Assembly: GCA_028874995.1 (NCBI GenBank)
Contig: JAPPGM010000147.1
Coordinates: 4,545-68,544 of the forward strand
DNA from: Gemmatimonadota bacterium
GTDB taxonomy: Bacteria > Gemmatimonadota > Gemmatimonadetes > Longimicrobiales > Gaopeijiaceae
Length of the DNA stretch: 64,000 nt
Direction of reading: 5' to 3'
Below the pieces are notes generated by a model that ran no database searches, had not been told where the DNA came from, and saw nothing but the letters and a program-made list of their open reading frames with translations. Of this stretch, positions 62,905 to 64,000 are shown piece after piece (the first letter of the stretch is position 1; each line of letters opens with the position of its first letter). The translations under genes were made by a program, and so were the position numbers.

Positions 62905-63876
62905 ATGACCGTTCGCGCCACCGCGCTGACCGCGCACGCCGGAATCGAGGTCCCGCTGATCTGCGGGGCGATGTACCCGTGCAGCAATCCCGAGCTGGTG
63001 GCGGCGGCGTCGGAAGCGGGGGGGATCGGGATCGTGCAGCCCATCAGCCTTACATGGGTTCACGGATACGACTTTCGCGAGGGGCTGCGCCACATCCGCA
63101 GCCTGACCGACAGGCCGATCGGCATGAACGCGCTGATCGAGAAGGCTTCGAAGACGTACCACGAGCGGATGACCGCGTGGATCGACATCGCGCTGGAGGA
63201 GGGGGTGCGCTTCTTCGTCACTTCGCTGGGCAAGCCGAGCTGGGTGGTGGATCGTGTGGAGCCGCACGGGGGGGTGGTCTACCACGACGTGACCGAGCGC
63301 AAATGGGCGCTGAAGGGACTCGATTCGGGGGTGCACGGGCTGATCGCGGTGAATCGGCGGGCCGGGGGGCACGCGGGTCCCCGAGGCGTGGAGGCGCTGC
63401 TGGAGGAGGTGGGGGACCTTGGGGTTCCGGTGGTGTGCGCCGGTGGGGTGGGGACGCCCCGCGAATTCGCCCGGGCGCTGGAACTCGGCTACGCGGGGGT
63501 GCAGCTCGGGACCCGGTTCATCGCCACGCACGAATGCACCGCCTCGGACGCCTACAAACGGGCCATCCTGGAGGCGGGCGAAGAGGACGTCGTGCTCTCG
63601 GAGAAGCTGACGGGGGTACCGGTCTCACTGCTGCACACCCCGTACGTGCGCCGCATGGGTCTCAGAGCGGGTCCGCTGGCGAAGCGGCTGCTGCGCCACA
63701 ACCGCACCAGGCACTGGATGCGCCTGGCCTACTCGGTGAAGTCCTTCTGGCAGCTCAAACGGTCGCTGCGCGACGAGGACAAGGAACTGTGGCAGGCGGG
63801 CAAGAGCGTGGCCGGGATATCGGCGATCGAGTCGGCGGGGCAGGTGGTGCGGCGCTACGCGGCCGCGCTGGGTTGA
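62905..63876 (+). CDS. Nitronate monooxygenase / FabK-like FMN-dependent oxidoreductase (NMO family)
   Basis: ATG at 62905. Motifs PLICGAMYPCSNPELVAAASEAGGIGIV, GLIAVNRRAGGHAG, VVCAGGVGTPREFARALELGYAGVQLGTRF. Confidence 0.85.
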   Translation: MTVRATALTAHAGIEVPLICGAMYPCSNPELVAAASEAGGIGIVQPISLTWVHGYDFREGLRHIRSLTDRPIGMNALIEKASKTYHERMTAWIDIALEEGVRFFVTSLGKPSWVVDRVEPHGGVVYHDVTERKWALKGLDSGVHGLIAVNRRAGGHAGPRGVEALLEEVGDLGVPVVCAGGVGTPREFARALELGYAGVQLGTRFIATHECTASDAYKRAILEAGEEDVVLSEKLTGVPVSLLHTPYVRRMGLRAGPLAKRLLRHNRTRHWMRLAYSVKSFWQLKRSLRDEDKELWQAGKSVAGISAIESAGQVVRRYAAALG

Positions 63877-63879
63877 TTC

Positions 63880-64000
63880 CTAACTCCTCCCGCCCCTCTG
63901 TACGCCGGTCGTGTCGGTCGAAGCCGGCCCGGCCTTCACGCTGTCGGCCGCCTCTCCACCCTTCGGCCCCTCCTCCTCCGCCGCCACCGTCACCGTATCG
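63880..64000 (-). CDS. Possible 3' end of a minus-strand gene that starts beyond the right window edge
   Basis: An open high-GC3 frame ...DTVTVAAEEEGPKGGEAADSVKAGPASTDTTGVQRGGRS ends at TAG 63880-63882. Only 40 codons are visible and no family can be assigned. Confidence 0.25.
   Translation of the reverse strand, partial: DTVTVAAEEEGPKGGEAADSVKAGPASTDTTGVQRGGRS

Noticed and set aside
1-64000. Search for tRNA, rRNA, tmRNA, integrase or transposase genes and inverted terminal repeats
   Set aside because: I recognised no cloverleaf-like segments, rRNA-like conserved blocks, or DDE/tyrosine-recombinase motifs in any frame. Absence by eye is weak evidence, so tRNAscan-SE, Infernal and ISfinder runs would be needed to be definitive.

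Overview
High-GC (about 68-70% by eye) bacterial chromosomal segment. Gene content (choice-of-anchor B proteins, a TonB receptor with a CarboxypepD_reg domain plus a DUF4249-like lipoprotein, 6-bladed beta-propeller paralogues) suggests a marine Gemmatimonadota/FCB-like organism, but this is inference only. I support about 55 protein-coding genes, 3 decayed genes, several tandem or direct repeats, and a few hairpin terminators and operator-like palindromes. I recognised no rRNA, tRNA, CRISPR array, integrase or transposase. Most long antisense ORFs in the track are high-GC shadow ORFs. Left to right the window holds: higBA; a His-rich membrane gene pair; a small accessory patch with beta-propeller paralogues, a deletion remnant, a 10-bp tandem array and a second RelE/XRE pair; a beta-1,3-glucan (laminarin-type) utilisation locus; a Big_2-LRR-metzincin lipoprotein; dedA-pld-DASS; a cytochrome c/PHM-like monooxygenase pair; housekeeping enzymes; a hendecad-repeat coiled-coil protein; a large zinc metalloprotease; an orphan OmpR-type regulator; feoAB plus an orphan binding protein; three tandem FG-GAP/choice-of-anchor B genes, one decaying; a TolB-like protein; an S1 protease with a stand-alone prodomain-like ORF; and a zinc-sparing-type cluster (rpmE2, folE2, long rpsN, rpmBG). 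The strongest candidate for something undescribed is in the glucan locus. It contains a lipoprotein with four 175-aa tandem modules, a ROK regulator, GH16, a GPH symporter, and a TonB receptor with DUF4249. The GPH sugar:cation symporter carries a roughly 215-aa in-frame insertion in its TM3-TM4 periplasmic loop, and that insertion is a circularly permuted copy of the 175-aa module repeated four times in the neighbouring glycan-binding-like lipoprotein.
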